A DNA stretch of 64,000 nucleotides from Lytechinus pictus (Eukaryota), in NCBI RefSeq assembly GCF_037042905.1, contig NC_087246.1:16988001-17052000 (forward strand), written 5' to 3'. Positions within the stretch are counted from its first letter, which is position 1. Each line of letters begins with the position of its first letter. The position numbers were made by a program, and so were the translations under genes. Of this stretch, positions 62,101 through 64,000 are shown one piece after another. The notes beneath the pieces are model-generated. The model was not told the DNA's origin. It saw only the letters and a list, made by a program, of their open reading frames with translations, and did not search any database.

Positions 62101-63665
62101 CTAACTTTTACTTGCCCCGGGCAATCGGGCAAGCGCTTATGTCGCACCCTGCATAATTTTTATAATTTGAATTTATATTGGATATGGAGCATTGACCCAT
62201 CTACCACAAATCTATAATCAAAGAGTGATAAGGGGGGTAAGATCGTACCTCTGATGTAGCATTTCTACCAGTGTGTACCCATCAAGGGGGGCTATTGGAT
62301 ATGGAGCATTGACCCATCTACCACAAATCTATAATCAAAGAGTGATAAGGGGGGTAAGATCGTACCTCTGATGTAGCATTTCTACCAGTGTGTACCCATC
62401 AAGGGGGGCTATGCTGTGCTCCTTACATTCCTGGACCTAAAAGAGGTTGAGAAAAGAAATAAAAAACATTCAGAATTCATGTGATATCATCTATCAAGTT
62501 CATTTGAATCATAATAAGAGAAGGATTAAACATCAACTGGATTAGAATAGCTGCAATCAAAAGAAATGGTATAGACATTTTCAGAATATGATGCAAAAGA
62601 ACACAATTGTAACATTAGTCCACTGTACACCTGTAGGTGGTGTCAGAGGCATTGTTTTCGCCTTGTCCGTCCATCCCATTTTCTTGCCTATGCATAGGAG
62701 TGATGATCTGATTAGCGTCAAAAGACACATGGGTCACACATTGAAGGTATTGGAAACATATCAAGAATGAGACTAAATAGAGAAGTTCAATATTACTCAC
62801 AAAAGTTGGAATCTGGACTGCTACTATGAAACGAGCTGCATCCTTTAGTAGCTTCCTTTGTTTTCCTAATGTCTCTGCCTGTAAAAAAAATTGTTCCACT
62901 ATGTCAAATAAAGATCATAGTATTTGGATTAATACTCTAAGCCCTTTACAAATACAGTATATTATAACTCCGGTCACAAGACTTTTGCATGCCAGTACAA
63001 AATATATGCACTTTCTCCACTCCATAGGGAGCATTCCAACAGGAATTTCAAAACTGCATAGGCATTCACATTTCAGACAACTTTACACAAAACTTTATGC
63101 ATGCCATGGCTGCAACATGTTCTTAGGCACTATGTAATCTACATAGTGATATATCATTTAGGACAAGGAAGGGTCATCAATCATGCGTGAAGTGTGGATT
63201 GAAACCTTGCCAAAGGATACCAGGCTGTGGTGGGATTCAACACAAGGCACTCTGACTACAGAATCACTTCACCAAAACGCTTCTATAAATTCTCATTGTC
63301 AATAAATCATATATTCAATATCTTGGCAATTTAAAATAGTATGTAATATGATCCCCAATATTGCAGGGTCTCCATTGTAATGCTCTCAACTTATCAAGAC
63401 TGGAGCAATTCATTAAGTGAAAGAAGAATGAAGACAAATTGGAGTAGGACAAACAAAAATTACAATTACTTTTTGGAAGTGCCCATTTGTGTTCTTGAAC
63501 AATTATGTGGAGTTGGACCAAATGATTTCTAACCTACCTCAGATGGGGCATGGATGACTCCATCAGCATAGACATCAGGATTGAATCTAACGTCAAACTC
63601 AGCACTGCTCAATGAACCAGCAGCCTGGGCAGCTAAAGCTATCACCTCTTTATGGCTCGGATCAA
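49964..63665 (-). CDS. CLUH: Clustered mitochondria protein homolog (CLU central domain and TPR region); 3' part only, about 614 aa, gene continues beyond the window
   Basis: Join of 63538-63665, 62801-62878, 62366-62436, 59050-59122, 58404-58565, 57246-57315, 56764-56854, 54585-54823, 53963-54183, 53265-53390, 52595-52716, 52087-52180, 51194-51277, 50729-50853 and 49964-50126. Motifs include [43 protein letters not shown] and [19 protein letters not shown]. Confidence 0.96.
50590..50732. repeat. About 30-31-bp tandem repeat (about 4.5 copies) beginning at a CLUH splice donor
   Basis: ctgctgggatgagtgatagtacaactattac units. Confidence 0.85.
50729..50853 (-). CDS. CLUH: CLUH penultimate exon
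   Basis: [41 protein letters not shown]; |GTAATA. Confidence 0.92.
51194..51277 (-). CDS. CLUH: CLUH exon
   Basis: [28 protein letters not shown]; |GTAAGT. Confidence 0.94.
51811..51868. repeat. Perfect 26-bp inverted repeat with 6-nt loop
   Basis: atgcataagtaattactggatgcatg-gctggt-catgcatccagtaattacttatgcat. Confidence 0.92.
52087..52180 (-). CDS. CLUH: CLUH exon (TPR)
   Basis: [31 protein letters not shown]; |GTTAGA. Confidence 0.94.
52595..52716 (-). CDS. CLUH: CLUH exon (TPR)
   Basis: [40 protein letters not shown]; |GTAAGA. Confidence 0.95.
53265..53390 (-). CDS. CLUH: CLUH exon (TPR)
   Basis: [42 protein letters not shown]; |GTGAGT. Confidence 0.95.
53963..54183 (-). CDS. CLUH: CLUH exon (TPR)
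   Basis: [26 protein letters not shown]...DHPNTITEY; |GTGAGT. Confidence 0.95.
54585..54823 (-). CDS. CLUH: CLUH exon
   Basis: [34 protein letters not shown]...[11 protein letters not shown]; |GTAGGT. Confidence 0.95.
55009..55978. mobile_element. Non-autonomous DNA transposon with 7-bp TSD
   Basis: CAAGGCTCGACAT / ATGTGGAGCCTTG termini; exact TCATAGG duplication; gggc(a/c)acc subterminal repeats. Confidence 0.85.
56764..56854 (-). CDS. CLUH: CLUH exon
   Basis: [29 protein letters not shown]; |GTAAGC. Confidence 0.92.
57246..57315 (-). CDS. CLUH: CLUH exon (basic patch)
   Basis: [23 protein letters not shown]; |GTATGT; phases fit neighbouring exons. Confidence 0.85.
57380..58055. mobile_element. 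Kolobok-like non-autonomous element
   Basis: TTAA-AGGTCCTATGA / TCATAGGACCT termini; right TSD not intact. Confidence 0.55.
58404..58565 (-). CDS. CLUH: CLUH exon
   Basis: [22 protein letters not shown]...[11 protein letters not shown]...GDDE; |GTAAGA. Confidence 0.94.
59050..59122 (-). CDS. CLUH: CLUH exon
   Basis: [24 protein letters not shown]; |GTGAGT. Confidence 0.92.
60140..61465. repeat. GA-rich low-complexity tract (GAAA/GGAA-like)
   Basis: Almost purine-only on the plus strand; similar blocks on each side of the gap. Confidence 0.92.
60742..60905. other. Assembly gap (164 N)
   Basis: Run of N. Confidence 0.99.
62176..62409. repeat. Perfect 117-bp tandem duplication covering a CLUH exon 3' end and donor
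   Basis: Identical units at 62176 and 62293 with TAT microhomology at the junction. Confidence 0.93.
62366..62436 (-). CDS. CLUH: CLUH exon
   Basis: [24 protein letters not shown]; |GTACGA. Confidence 0.92.
62801..62878 (-). CDS. CLUH: CLUH exon
   Basis: [26 protein letters not shown]; |GTGAGT. Confidence 0.92.
63538..63665 (-). CDS. CLUH: CLUH exon
   Basis: [42 protein letters not shown]; donor |GTAGGT. Confidence 0.92.
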
Positions 63666-64000
63666 CTAAAAAAAAAAAATTAGTGAAGTAGTTATATTTG
63701 AAGAAATATATCTTCATTTAAAATACACAGCATATAGGGGAACAGATTAATAACACATTGAAAAACTTTGAAAATTCATAACTCTGTTATCCTTTGATCA
63801 AACGATGGACTTGCCCCAAATCTTCATTGATACATATATGTCTAAAATAGTTTTTGCTTTTCAAATCAATTTGACATCAGTATGAACTTTCCTTTGACCT
63901 ACACAGCAAGCAATACAGTTTCTCTCTTCCTTGCTTCTCATTACAAATGCACAAAAAGTCACGACTCTCAATGGGGTTCTGTCTCTGTCTTTGAACAGGA

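Larger units (their letters stand above)
59763..62151. mobile_element. Non-autonomous DNA transposon with 7-bp TSD enclosing a long purine-rich tract
   Basis: CAGGGTGCTACGTAA / TTATGTCGCACCCTG termini; exact CATAATT duplication; cttgccc subterminal repeats at both ends. Confidence 0.85.

Noticed and set aside
1-64000. tRNA, rRNA, snRNA/snoRNA genes and autonomous transposase or reverse transcriptase ORFs
   Set aside because: None recognisable by eye; a covariance-model and profile search would be needed to exclude small RNAs

Overview
AT-rich animal genomic DNA, probably an invertebrate deuterostome such as a sea urchin (inferred from protein similarity and repeat content, not proven). It holds three intron-rich genes, whose exons I reconstructed by hand with GT-AG boundaries and consistent reading phases. 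PAFAH1B1/LIS1 is on the minus strand (10 coding exons, 4511-30279, 407 aa). METTL16 is on the plus strand (7 coding exons, 36295-42757, 679 aa), head-to-head with LIS1. The 3' part of CLUH/clueless is on the minus strand (15 exons, 49964-63665, continuing off the right edge), tail-to-tail with METTL16. These three genes are also neighbours at human 17p13.3. The introns are packed with non-autonomous DNA transposons (Tc1/mariner-, Harbinger-, Kolobok-, hAT- and Helentron-like, some nested), and there is one assembly gap. Best leads: a candidate 24-nt in-frame LIS1 microexon, three independent tandem duplications of exon-end plus 5' splice site, paired-copy evidence that the abundant TACATGTA motif arises by insertion at TA, and transposon-borne DR1 and X-box/CCAAT modules in LIS1 introns.
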